A stretch of DNA of 64,000 nt from a virus. Its lineage: Duplodnaviria; Heunggongvirae; Uroviricota; Caudoviricetes. The stretch's first letter is position 1. Every line of letters starts with the position of its first letter. Under the pieces are notes generated by a model. That model saw only the letters and a list, made by a program, of their open reading frames with translations. It was not told the origin of the DNA and did no database searches. The position numbers and the translations under genes are program-made. Positions 1 to 8,031 of this stretch are shown piece by piece. The stretch is taken from positions 33,199 to 97,198 of the IMG/VR virus record IMGVR_UViG_3300045919_000425; one strand, given 5' to 3'.

Positions 1-55
1 CTTTATATTTTAAATGAAATGGGCAAATATCAAACATAACTCCTCCATAAAATAT

Positions 56-211
56 TTATCTGCGTTCTGCCTTAAGTCTTATCACTTCTTCCTCACAGGA
101 GCCGCAACAAGTAGCTACTAACTCTAATTCGGAGTCCTGGTATTCTTCAGGGGATTCTAAAAATTTTTGATACTCTGTGTAATTAACGCCATAACATGAG
201 CATAATATCAT
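56..211 (-). CDS. Small Cys-rich protein (~51 aa), translationally coupled (ATGA overlap) to the upstream gene; not in the ORF track because of length
   Basis: Manual translation of the minus strand gives MILCSCYGVNYTEYQKF...ATCCGSCEEEVIRLKAERR. Its start ATG overlaps the stop of ORF 208..405. Confidence 0.25.
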   Translation of the reverse strand: MILCSCYGVNYTEYQKFLESPEEYQDSELELVATCCGSCEEEVIRLKAERR

Positions 212-405
212 AGCTTCTCCAAAATAAACCTTACAAATTCAACAGAACTGTCTCTTTTAAGTTTCTGAACAGCTTCGGGGAAAGAGACTTTGCGAAAATC
301 CTCAATATCTTGATTAGTTTCACCTCTCAAATTAGTCGCTGAATATCCCCGAAGTCTCTTTGCTGCAAGCATATATTCTACTTCGGTTAGTGTGTCTTTT
401 TCCAT
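208..405 (-). CDS. Hypothetical protein (65 aa)
   Basis: ORF track; fits the minus-strand operon context. Confidence 0.4.
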   Translation of the reverse strand: MEKDTLTEVEYMLAAKRLRGYSATNLRGETNQDIEDFRKVSFPEAVQKLKRDSSVEFVRFILEKL

Positions 406-414
406 ACCCGCTCC

Positions 415-600
415 TTAAGCCAAGTCAAATGACAATTCAGAGAATGCCTCCAGGAACTCATCGTCGGTGTATTCCAATCCATCGCTATCAACAATATCTC
501 CAGTGCTATCATCTACATAGTAGGATGGATTAGATAATCCATCTGAAACTACGACTACTGCTCCAGCTAACATACGATCTAATGCTTCTTTTGCGTCCAT
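415..600 (-). CDS. Small acidic hypothetical protein (61 aa)
   Basis: ORF track. A sigma-A-like promoter (TTGACA-N17-TAGATT on the minus strand) lies just upstream at 616..644. Confidence 0.4.
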   Translation of the reverse strand: MDAKEALDRMLAGAVVVVSDGLSNPSYYVDDSTGDIVDSDGLEYTDDEFLEAFSELSFDLA

Positions 601-615
601 GATTCCTCCTAAAGC

Positions 616-644
616 AATCTATCACCATTATTTACTTTTGTCAA
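616..644 (-). promoter_or_regulatory. Sigma-A-like promoter (minus strand TTGACA-N17-TAGATT)
   Basis: One of several ACTTGACAAA elements found in minus-strand intergenic regions. Confidence 0.4.
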
Positions 645-792
645 GTTCAGGTAATAGAGTTTTATTACATCGATGGCACCCGAACCAAAACCGACCCTCT
701 TCATACCAAAGAGCGAAGTTACATGATTCATCCTCATAGCAATCCTCTATTTCATGATCATGGCCACATTGGTGGCATAATTCATCGCTCAT
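628..792 (-). CDS. Small zinc-ribbon protein (54 aa; two CxxC pairs)
   Basis: Manual translation: MSDELCHQCGHDHEIEDCYEDESCNFALWYEEGRFWFGCHRCNKTLLPELDKSK. It overlaps the stop of ORF 782..1180 by 11 nt. Confidence 0.3.
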   Translation of the reverse strand: MSDELCHQCGHDHEIEDCYEDESCNFALWYEEGRFWFGCHRCNKTLLPELDKSK

Positions 793-1180
793 TTAGTATC
801 TTAATTGTTTTCTTGATAATATTAAGCCTATCTTCCAGGATGCTTATTTTATCAAGGTATTGATCTTCTGCAAGTAATAGGCATTTATTCTCGTACTTAA
901 GTTTTAAATTTTCTATCTCAATTTCCTTATCTGAAATCTCACAAGACCGAAAAACTTTTAGGATACCTGACTCACAATCATTAGGGATCAGTTCGTCGTA
1001 ATTAGCTCCAAGATAGGGTGTTCTTATCTCACCTCGTAGAGCACGGCCGTGAGAGCAAGGCACAGTGTATTCGCCCCGTGCATAGTCCAAGATCGGTATA
1101 CCATCAACCTCAGTGACTTCTCCTGATGAGAGTAATAAGATGTCCCCTGATCCGATTCGCATAAACTGAAAAGTATCCAC
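782..1180 (-). CDS. Hypothetical protein (132 aa) immediately downstream of the RNA ligase
   Basis: ORF track; operon position. Confidence 0.5.
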   Translation of the reverse strand: MDTFQFMRIGSGDILLLSSGEVTEVDGIPILDYARGEYTVPCSHGRALRGEIRTPYLGANYDELIPNDCESGILKVFRSCEISDKEIEIENLKLKYENKCLLLAEDQYLDKISILEDRLNIIKKTIKILNER

Positions 1181-1195
1181 GTCGTACTCCTGTGA

Positions 1196-2002
1196 TTATT
1201 GATTAACTAAGCTTAGCGCAACTTCCTTAATGAATGAACAAACTTGCCGACGTAAATCTTTTTTGTGAAAGTCTAAATCTTCTTTTGTTACTTGACTTTC
1301 AGTTACTAAGTCATGAATATAGATATCAGCGATCTGTACTATTGACTTTGGAAATCCCACTAACAATCTTTCATCTTTTGAGAGAATCTTACCTAATCTA
1401 ATTGGTTGCATTAAATAACCAAAATCTTTAAGTTCGGGTAATGGTTCTTTTTGCACCCTAGTCTTTTTTGTCCATGCAGTTTCCTCTGCATCAAAAACGT
1501 ACTTATAATTATGGCCTCCTAGATTGACCACCACTCCTTCTACTCTCATAAACCCTGGAACCAGCTTAGAACCCTCTATCTTGAATTTAGAGATAGTCTC
1601 TGCAATTACATTATCTTCGTAGGTTCCGATATATAAAACCGGAACAGGGATAGTATTGACTGGAAGTAGTCTGTCTGATGGGTACTTCCAATGTTCAAAA
1701 AGGACGAATGTTCTGACAGATAGCCCTTCTGATGATTGAATTCCTGGACCACACCATTCACCAAAGTGTGTGCCGATTCCTAATTTCTCAATAAAATCTG
1801 CCTTATTTTCATAAACAAACCTTGCAAACCCAAAATTATCATCATCAGGAGTGATCCAGCGATTCCGTGAGCCGCACTTAATATCTATTCCACCTGGAGT
1901 ATCAAATATCACAACTTGCGCATTCGTCCCATTTAATTTCTGTGTAATCTGTAGTCGTGTTTTTAGCAATTGTTGTATTTTTGGAAATTCTTTAAATTCC
2001 AT
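1196..2002 (-). CDS. RNA ligase, Rnl2 family (T4 RnlB-like nucleotidyltransferase)
   Basis: Motif I KLNGTN (compare T4 Rnl2 KIHGTN), a downstream EGVVV-type motif, and 268 aa length. A strong RBS AGGAGGAAGT precedes the ATG. Confidence 0.7.
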   Translation of the reverse strand: MEFKEFPKIQQLLKTRLQITQKLNGTNAQVVIFDTPGGIDIKCGSRNRWITPDDDNFGFARFVYENKADFIEKLGIGTHFGEWCGPGIQSSEGLSVRTFVLFEHWKYPSDRLLPVNTIPVPVLYIGTYEDNVIAETISKFKIEGSKLVPGFMRVEGVVVNLGGHNYKYVFDAEETAWTKKTRVQKEPLPELKDFGYLMQPIRLGKILSKDERLLVGFPKSIVQIADIYIHDLVTESQVTKEDLDFHKKDLRRQVCSFIKEVALSLVNQ

Positions 2003-2014
2003 ACTTCCTCCTGT

Positions 2015-2350
2015 TTAAGTTTTTTCTACTATTTCGAAATACACCTCTAGATCTGCTAACCTTACTTTTTCTACAAACGGAACCCTAAATGCGGCAATAT
2101 TCTTTGTTTGTCTTGGGCTTACATTTATTGGATTAGGATCTACCCATTCAATCTGGTAGTTTTCCCACGGGTCAATTGAGCCTACGATTTTCCACAATGA
2201 ATTCTTATAAAACCCGGTTCTCAAATAAGGAGTCTTGTTCTCTTCTTTGAATAAGTCAGGGAGTTTTAGAAAATCCTCTTTTACTTTCACAATATCGCCT
2301 AATTTAAGCTTCATAATTCTCCTAGAATGGACAATCACCTTCAATATCAA
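2015..2350 (-). CDS. Hypothetical protein (111 aa)
   Basis: ORF track. Confidence 0.5.
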   Translation of the reverse strand: MILKVIVHSRRIMKLKLGDIVKVKEDFLKLPDLFKEENKTPYLRTGFYKNSLWKIVGSIDPWENYQIEWVDPNPINVSPRQTKNIAAFRVPFVEKVRLADLEVYFEIVEKT

Positions 2351-2597
2351 CAGTAAGATCTTCTTTTTTCTCTACAACCTTACATTTTTCCTTAATATGT
2401 AAAGCAACTGCTGCTTTGATTCCTGTGAGTGCGGCGATGTATTTATCCGCAGTTTTTACCCAGTTCTCTAAATCTGAATCTTCTAAAACTAAGCCTTCTT
2501 TACTAATAATATCTGCCAAGCTTGCAATTACTGGTCCTGCTTTTTGAAAACGAACTGCAAATTGTTGGGTGTCTTTCATTTTATATTTAACTGACAT
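2322..2597 (-). CDS. Hypothetical protein (91 aa)
   Basis: ORF track; overlaps its neighbour by 29 nt. Confidence 0.45.
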   Translation of the reverse strand: MSVKYKMKDTQQFAVRFQKAGPVIASLADIISKEGLVLEDSDLENWVKTADKYIAALTGIKAAVALHIKEKCKVVEKKEDLTVDIEGDCPF

Positions 2598-2599
2598 AA

Positions 2600-2830
2600 T
2601 TAATCCCCTAGATTATGAAGTATGCTTAAGATCTTATTGCGTTGTTTCGTTGTCCTTGGAATACTTATTTCTGTTTGTTTTCTTCCGCATGAGCATTCGC
2701 TAAATTGCAACGTAGCCCACCACTCACTTATGATTGCTTTCGCCTCTTCGTCTATTTTGCCGCATACACATACATAAGGAAATGATGGGAGTAATTCTAC
2801 ATGCTCTCTTAAAAATTCGTCCAAATCCAT
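2600..2830 (-). CDS. Small Cys-rich (putative Zn-binding) protein
   Basis: Motifs CVCGK ... CSCGRK in 76 aa. Confidence 0.45.
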   Translation of the reverse strand: MDLDEFLREHVELLPSFPYVCVCGKIDEEAKAIISEWWATLQFSECSCGRKQTEISIPRTTKQRNKILSILHNLGD

Positions 2831-2833
2831 AAG

Positions 2834-3100
2834 TTAATCCATCCTTGGACTTAGTCCTTGTGATGCCTGATAATCCCAGTAGTTTTTCTGTAAATCTGTC
2901 CAATAATGGTATCCATTACCGAAATAATTACCCAAGAGAATTGCTGTTTTGAATGATAATTGCCTCTGTCCTTTTAATAGTAAACAAACAAAGGCTTCAG
3001 AAACATCCAAAGCTTTACTAAGCTGTGACGCATTAATATTACTATCCTTCATCCATTCTTTAACTACTAATCCCGGATGTTGTGCTGTACTTGTTGTCAT
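2834..3100 (-). CDS. HTH transcriptional regulator, HigA-antitoxin-like (XRE family)
   Basis: Matches the HigA-family pattern HPG..lkE...l...qLa..l.vs...v..ll.G.r.ls...A..L...FG....W..LQ..Yd across 88 aa. Confidence 0.6.
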   Translation of the reverse strand: MTTSTAQHPGLVVKEWMKDSNINASQLSKALDVSEAFVCLLLKGQRQLSFKTAILLGNYFGNGYHYWTDLQKNYWDYQASQGLSPRMD

Positions 3101-3142
3101 ATTAATATCCTTATTAATGTTGCTATTTTACTTATAAGTGAA

Positions 3143-3598
3143 TTAAAATCCAGTGAAAGAACGACCGCCCACGTTCTGTAATCCTGTATTTACGGTGGCT
3201 AGTGCAGGGATTAATTGTGTGACAACTGGTTCTGTTGTTAATGGAACCGAATGTTTTACAGGGGCTTGTGCGGCCTGTTGAATAACTGTCGGTCTGACTG
3301 ATTGTGTCTCCAATAATAATGATGTTGATTTTGCTAACGCTTCAGCTTTAATTAAACTTTCTAGTATAGAAGTAACGGATTGCTGAATCCGTGGGTCAGA
3401 AGCATTAGTGAAAATGGATTCAATTTCTGATTCTATCCCTTTCTTTAGAATACTTGCTATTAACATGCCATTAGAACGAGCCTCTAATGTGGAGAAAAGT
3501 TCCGTATCTTCCAGAGCTGAATTTAGGTCAGTCAATAATTTAATCTTTTCTTTCATTTTTAATCCCTTAAACTGTTTGAATTGTTGTAATTTTATCAT
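3143..3598 (-). CDS. Hypothetical protein (151 aa) directly upstream of the HigA-like gene
   Basis: ORF track. There is a 42-nt gap to the HTH gene. It is not recognisably RelE/HigB-like. Confidence 0.5.
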   Translation of the reverse strand: MIKLQQFKQFKGLKMKEKIKLLTDLNSALEDTELFSTLEARSNGMLIASILKKGIESEIESIFTNASDPRIQQSVTSILESLIKAEALAKSTSLLLETQSVRPTVIQQAAQAPVKHSVPLTTEPVVTQLIPALATVNTGLQNVGGRSFTGF

Positions 3599-3797
3599 CT
3601 AATTCGGAACCATCTCCAGTGTTTTCTATGTAAAGAGACGAGTGCACATAGGAAGACTCTACTGGAAAGTGACACAGCCTGTAACTACCCTCGGCATTAA
3701 ATGGTTGATATGGGTCGCCTATTCCTAATAGTCCGAACTCTAAGGAACCTGAGTCTGTAAAATCCTTCTCAAAGATATATAAAGATGCTTTACCCAT
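3567..3797 (-). CDS. Hypothetical protein (76 aa)
   Basis: ORF track. Confidence 0.35.
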   Translation of the reverse strand: MGKASLYIFEKDFTDSGSLEFGLLGIGDPYQPFNAEGSYRLCHFPVESSYVHSSLYIENTGDGSELDDKITTIQTV

Positions 3798-3878
3798 TTA
3801 ACTTCCTATTCTTATTACTAAGTTTAAGTGAATGTGCCATATCACTCCCTCACAGTTGCAGATGAAGTTAGGTTATCA

Positions 3879-4499
3879 TTAAATTAACTCTTTGTCAAGC
3901 CTTTCAACTAATTTATTTATTGTTGAAGTAAAGTCAGACTTCGCCGATGCTCTCCAGAACGCTCTTTCAATCTGCTTCTGAAAATCTTCTAACGATCCAT
4001 TATTATCAATAATCATATCAAAGCAGTCGTCCGGGATTTCATTCATTTCTATCTCTGATTGATGGTTTAAGTCTCTGCCAGCTAAAGATCCTGTTCTTTG
4101 ACTTAATTCCCTTTTAATTCTTACGGTGAAGAATTTATTCCTCTTCACACAATCGAATTCATTGCCCATTCTCACGTCATCGCAAACAATTACGCTACTG
4201 ACCAGGTCTTTTTCGTACTTCTCATTAATTACTTTATTTAAGCTTTCCTGGAATTTATTAACCCAGATATTCTTATCTTTATTACGTCCCCATTCAGTCC
4301 CTACGACCTGTAAGAATTTTCCATCTTTATGATTATCTAATCCTAAATAATCCTGAACCATATACATTATTCTGTATAAATCATCGGCAAACTTAATATT
4401 TCTTACATTTTCTTTACTTGAAATCTTATTAATCACTTCAATCGCCGATGATTTGCCTGATCCTGCTTTACCTGAAAAAGCTATTCTAACTAAAGGCAT
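3879..4499 (-). CDS. Deoxynucleoside monophosphate kinase (T4 gp1-like)
   Basis: P-loop SGKAGSGKS. The C-terminus IDNNGSLEDFQKQI matches T4 gp1 ITNDGSLEELFSKI. Start refined to MPLVRIAF, preceded by the RBS TAGGAGGT. Confidence 0.75.
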   Translation of the reverse strand: MPLVRIAFSGKAGSGKSSAIEVINKISSKENVRNIKFADDLYRIMYMVQDYLGLDNHKDGKFLQVVGTEWGRNKDKNIWVNKFQESLNKVINEKYEKDLVSSVIVCDDVRMGNEFDCVKRNKFFTVRIKRELSQRTGSLAGRDLNHQSEIEMNEIPDDCFDMIIDNNGSLEDFQKQIERAFWRASAKSDFTSTINKLVERLDKELI

Positions 4500-4507
4500 A
4501 ATACCTC

Positions 4508-4825
4508 CTAATCTGACGAATCTAAAACATCCGCTAGCCATTCAACCGACTTCATGTTGGTTGAAACTCCAAATAAGAATCTTGCATCCTCAACTGGCCT
4601 GTACCCCAAATACACATACGGAATAAGATTCTCAGGGAGAACTTTAAGATCTCTTCTTGCACTTTCATTCCATTGACTTATCTGGATGAACCATTTGTAC
4701 TTGCTTTTAACTGACTCAAAATCATCTGCCGATGTTTTGGTTAAACATTTTCCTATATTTTCTATTTTTGGCATACAATAGATCCTTTTATTTCGTGAAT
4801 AGCAGCGTATCCAACTCTTCTGCAA
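4508..4825 (-). CDS. Hypothetical protein; the true start may be the internal MPKIENIG
   Basis: ORF track; the start is ambiguous. Confidence 0.4.
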   Translation of the reverse strand: MQKSWIRCYSRNKRIYCMPKIENIGKCLTKTSADDFESVKSKYKWFIQISQWNESARRDLKVLPENLIPYVYLGYRPVEDARFLFGVSTNMKSVEWLADVLDSSD

Positions 4826-5067
4826 AACTCACGGTAATATCTCACACCATTATGGAAATCCACGTCATATCCAAATCCTGCTGCAACTTTAATCAACTCC
4901 ATAAAAATCTCATCGCTAAGTGCGGAATCATTTAGATTTATTTCTATTGTTGGTGGTATTTCTATGTTCGCATTTTTCACTTCACAAAAATAAGTACTTG
5001 CTTTTCGGGTCTTCATTTTAAGACTTGCAACATTCTTTAACGCAACCATAACATTAGGCTGACTCAT
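4762..5067 (-). CDS. Hypothetical protein (101 aa)
   Basis: ORF track. A sigma-A-like promoter lies upstream at 5113..5141 on the minus strand. Confidence 0.5.
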   Translation of the reverse strand: MSQPNVMVALKNVASLKMKTRKASTYFCEVKNANIEIPPTIEINLNDSALSDEIFMELIKVAAGFGYDVDFHNGVRYYREFCRRVGYAAIHEIKGSIVCQK

Positions 5068-5112
5068 AAAACCTCCCAGTTTTCTTACTGAAGCCTCATT
5101 GCTTCCTTAATT

Positions 5113-5141
5113 AAACTATCATAAGGTTTCAGTATTGTCAA
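5113..5141 (-). promoter_or_regulatory. Sigma-A-like promoter (minus strand TTGACA-N17-TAGTTT)
   Basis: Seen directly. Confidence 0.35.
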
Positions 5142-5182
5142 GATTCTCGGTATATTATTTTTAACTAGTTAATTTTACTTGA

Positions 5183-5377
5183 TTAAGTCCAAAAGAATGA
5201 GGGTGGAGTGATGGGTTCTTGAGGTTGCATAGAATGAATGACAGCTTCTCTTTCGATCTCTTTCTCTTGTTCTTCTAATTTCTTTTCTAATTGTTCTTCT
5301 TTCTTTACCTCTTCTTTAATTTCCTCTATTATTACCGATTGAGGTTCCTGTGTGTTATCCAAGTTTTGTGATTCCAT
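5183..5377 (-). CDS. Small E/K-rich low-complexity protein
   Basis: EEQLEKKLEEQEKEIERE repeats. Confidence 0.35.
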   Translation of the reverse strand: MESQNLDNTQEPQSVIIEEIKEEVKKEEQLEKKLEEQEKEIEREAVIHSMQPQEPITPPSFFWT

Positions 5378-5476
5378 GAGTGTGCCTTTCTAAGTTAGAT
5401 GAAGGGATTATACCAATTCAGCCAAGATAGGTGCTATATTAACGTTAATATTAGCCTGCTTCATAAGGATTTTAAA

Positions 5477-5749
5477 ATGAGCGAAAATACTGCAATGTTA
5501 AGTGTTCCAGGATCAGAGATTATTAATAATATGCCAGATTCCGCAATTGACCAAGAAGTGAACTCTATGCCTCCAGAGGTTATCTTTTCGATAGAGGCGG
5601 CGGCAATTCATTATGCTATTGGATTTCGGAGAGAAACCCAGTTAGCTGGGTTATTGGCATTTTGTACTTCCACTGGAATGCCATCTCAAGGTTCTTTAGC
5701 GGATATGTTAAGCGTCCTACGGGCATATGGATATAAGATCAGGGGATAA
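5477..5749 (+). CDS. Hypothetical protein; start chosen at MSENTAML, which has an AAGGA RBS
   Basis: ORF 5399..5749. The internal ATG at 5477 is preceded by aagga. Confidence 0.45.
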   Translation: MSENTAMLSVPGSEIINNMPDSAIDQEVNSMPPEVIFSIEAAAIHYAIGFRRETQLAGLLAFCTSTGMPSQGSLADMLSVLRAYGYKIRG

Positions 5750-5751
5750 TT

Positions 5752-6519
5752 ATGAGAATATATGGAATAGCAAGTGCAGAAAAACCAGATAGAGTAGGTG
5801 AGACAGCCCTAATCGAAGGAATGCACGTAGAGCCAAATGCTTACATTAACGATGAACATGGCGTGGCCAGTAAAATGTTCAACGTCCTCGGCCATATCGT
5901 AAAAAGTAAGAAGATTTTCGGACTCAAGGAATGCTCGAACGAAAGAGAGAAGAAGTGCTGGAACCTAGCCAAAGCACCTTTTCTTTATGTTGAAGGTGCT
6001 TTGGCTGATGAGCAAGAGCATCCAAATGCTCAGGCTGCCAGCTCTCTCGTTAAATATGCCGCAAAATATTCTGAGTTTAATCTTGGATTTTCTGTTGAGG
6101 GCGGAATAGAAGAAAGACAGGGTAATGTCTTAACAAAAACAGAAGTTCGTGGAGTTTCACTTACAATCAATCCGTGTAACCCATTATGCCGTGTCTTTGC
6201 TATGGATGATCTAGCTAAATCATTTCAAGGAGAGATTAAGTTACCTGATAGGTATAAGACAGCGGTGTTGAGTAAGAGATCATTCCGAAAAATACCAGAT
6301 GAGATTACTTTATGTAAAGCTAAGTTAAGTTTTATTAAAGAGGTTGCTAGTCTACACAAAAGCGGAGATATTCACAAAGCCGCAGTACTTAGGTGTTGGG
6401 GTTGTGGGACTCAAAAAGTTTATGTCTCCCCAAAGCTACCTAACTCGTGCATGGCCTGTGGAGAAAAATTCTCTATGAAAGACATTAATAACGCACTAAA
6501 TTATGACGGGGATATTTAA
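5752..6519 (+). CDS. Virion-associated protein with a C-terminal zinc ribbon (CWGCG...CMACG)
   Basis: First gene of the plus-strand structural block, with tightly packed genes. Zn-ribbon motif near the C-terminus. Confidence 0.55.
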   Translation: MRIYGIASAEKPDRVGETALIEGMHVEPNAYINDEHGVASKMFNVLGHIVKSKKIFGLKECSNEREKKCWNLAKAPFLYVEGALADEQEHPNAQAASSLVKYAAKYSEFNLGFSVEGGIEERQGNVLTKTEVRGVSLTINPCNPLCRVFAMDDLAKSFQGEIKLPDRYKTAVLSKRSFRKIPDEITLCKAKLSFIKEVASLHKSGDIHKAAVLRCWGCGTQKVYVSPKLPNSCMACGEKFSMKDINNALNYDGDI

Positions 6520-7211
6520 TGACAATATTTAGAGGGAACTCCTCTCAAACAAATCTTGGATTTGCAAAAGTGTCAGAAACTCAACTTGCGAATGCTATAA
6601 ATTTCGGCTCAGCAGTTAGGCTTTATCAACCAGCAAGAGATAATAACATTAAGGTTATTACATTTAAAAACTCTGTCAGCCAGCCCATAGTGATATGTGC
6701 TGTTAACAGCTTGGCTGTTAGTGCTATGGATAGTGCTGGAACTAAGGTTGGCATGGTTGCTGCGGCCGGAACCATTACTTTCTCAAATGGAACAGTACCC
6801 AATCAGGCGGCAGGAGTTATGACAAACTCTCCGCCTATAATTCCTCAAAATAACCTTGCGGCATGGATGGTAGCTGGAGGGTATTTTAAAATACAGGGTT
6901 CTGTAAGTAATGATAATAAGAACTTTAAGATAGCGAGTGTGGCCTTTGCTCCGAATGCCGTGACAGTAACTCTCGATACCGTTAATGGTCCATCTGGAGT
7001 GGTCGAAACAGTTGTGGCGACTTCTCCGATTAAAGTCGTCCCCTTTCCTATTGTCTCCTTATTTGAGGTGATGACTGGGGATTCTTTATATTACGACATG
7101 GCTTCAAATCTATTAACTATTGAAAGCACTGTTGAATTTTGGGCATACTCCCTTGCAGCTATCGCCTCTCCAAATGCCATTAATGCTATTCGTGTATATA
7201 CTTGGTCTTGA
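6519..7211 (+). CDS. Putative virion structural protein (beta-rich, 230 aa)
   Basis: Start overlaps the upstream stop (ATGA). Composition is S/T/G/N/V-rich. Confidence 0.55.
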   Translation: MTIFRGNSSQTNLGFAKVSETQLANAINFGSAVRLYQPARDNNIKVITFKNSVSQPIVICAVNSLAVSAMDSAGTKVGMVAAAGTITFSNGTVPNQAAGVMTNSPPIIPQNNLAAWMVAGGYFKIQGSVSNDNKNFKIASVAFAPNAVTVTLDTVNGPSGVVETVVATSPIKVVPFPIVSLFEVMTGDSLYYDMASNLLTIESTVEFWAYSLAAIASPNAINAIRVYTWS

Positions 7212-7284
7212 GGTTAATTTAAAAATCACAATAAAATAATAGCGCTATACGTACTGTCTTATGGCGCACCTGTAAAGGAGATCT

Positions 7285-8028
7285 ATGGGCGGACTATTTT
7301 CAGTTACCCAATTAATTAAAGATCCTGTGGCAACTGTCGGAGATCTTCCTTCTAGTGAGTCTCAAATTGGCGCACTTCGTGTAGTTCTGGCGGGTTTTTC
7401 TGTGTATGTTTGGGATGGTTCTGCCTGGCATGCCTCTACTGCGCCACCGCCAGTTCCGATACTAGATAATACTACTATTTATTACAACCCAGGCGGACAA
7501 GTAGCTGTTAAGCCACTGGGCTTGACGGATAACTTATTTAGTCCTACTTCTACAGTTATCTATAATTGGGTATCTACTGTCCCTTATGTGGTTGGAGATA
7601 TGGTAATCTCCTCAGAAGGCATTTGGATGTGTCGGATTGCTGGAACAAACCTAACGCCATCTCTATCTAACAACAACTGGAGACAGATAGCTAATAAGGA
7701 TTCCTCACAATATTTAACTTTTTCTTCTTATGTGACAGCAAATTACACAATACCTACAGGGATTACCGCCGTAGTGGCCGAGACGACTGGTGCGGATTTC
7801 ACCGTTACCCTTCCATTAATTTCCACAATACAAGGAGTTCTTGGAGATACAACGAATAGGGTTCAAGAATTTAAAGTATTTAAAGTAGGGCAAACTAATA
7901 AGGTGATAATTGCTTGTGGAGGAACAGATACTTTTGCAGACGGAACCACCACTTTTAATTTAATCAGCAATGGTTCCGTTGGGAGAGTTTTTGTTGTATT
8001 TAATAAATCAAACTGGTTTAAGGGGTGA
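7285..8028 (+). CDS. Putative tail fibre-associated structural protein (N-terminal MGGLFS)
   Basis: Shares its N-terminal MGGLFS motif with ORF 12607..13296. It sits immediately upstream of the large fibre gene. Confidence 0.55.
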   Translation: MGGLFSVTQLIKDPVATVGDLPSSESQIGALRVVLAGFSVYVWDGSAWHASTAPPPVPILDNTTIYYNPGGQVAVKPLGLTDNLFSPTSTVIYNWVSTVPYVVGDMVISSEGIWMCRIAGTNLTPSLSNNNWRQIANKDSSQYLTFSSYVTANYTIPTGITAVVAETTGADFTVTLPLISTIQGVLGDTTNRVQEFKVFKVGQTNKVIIACGGTDTFADGTTTFNLISNGSVGRVFVVFNKSNWFKG

Positions 8029-8031
8029 GAA

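Noticed and set aside
2949-3137. Plus-strand ORF of 62 aa antisense to the HigA-like gene
   Set aside because: It lies entirely within a well-supported minus-strand gene, has low-complexity hydrophobic composition and no RBS. It is a shadow ORF.
3408-3602. Plus-strand 64-aa ORF
   Set aside because: It is antisense to ORF 3143..3598 and has no RBS. It is spurious.
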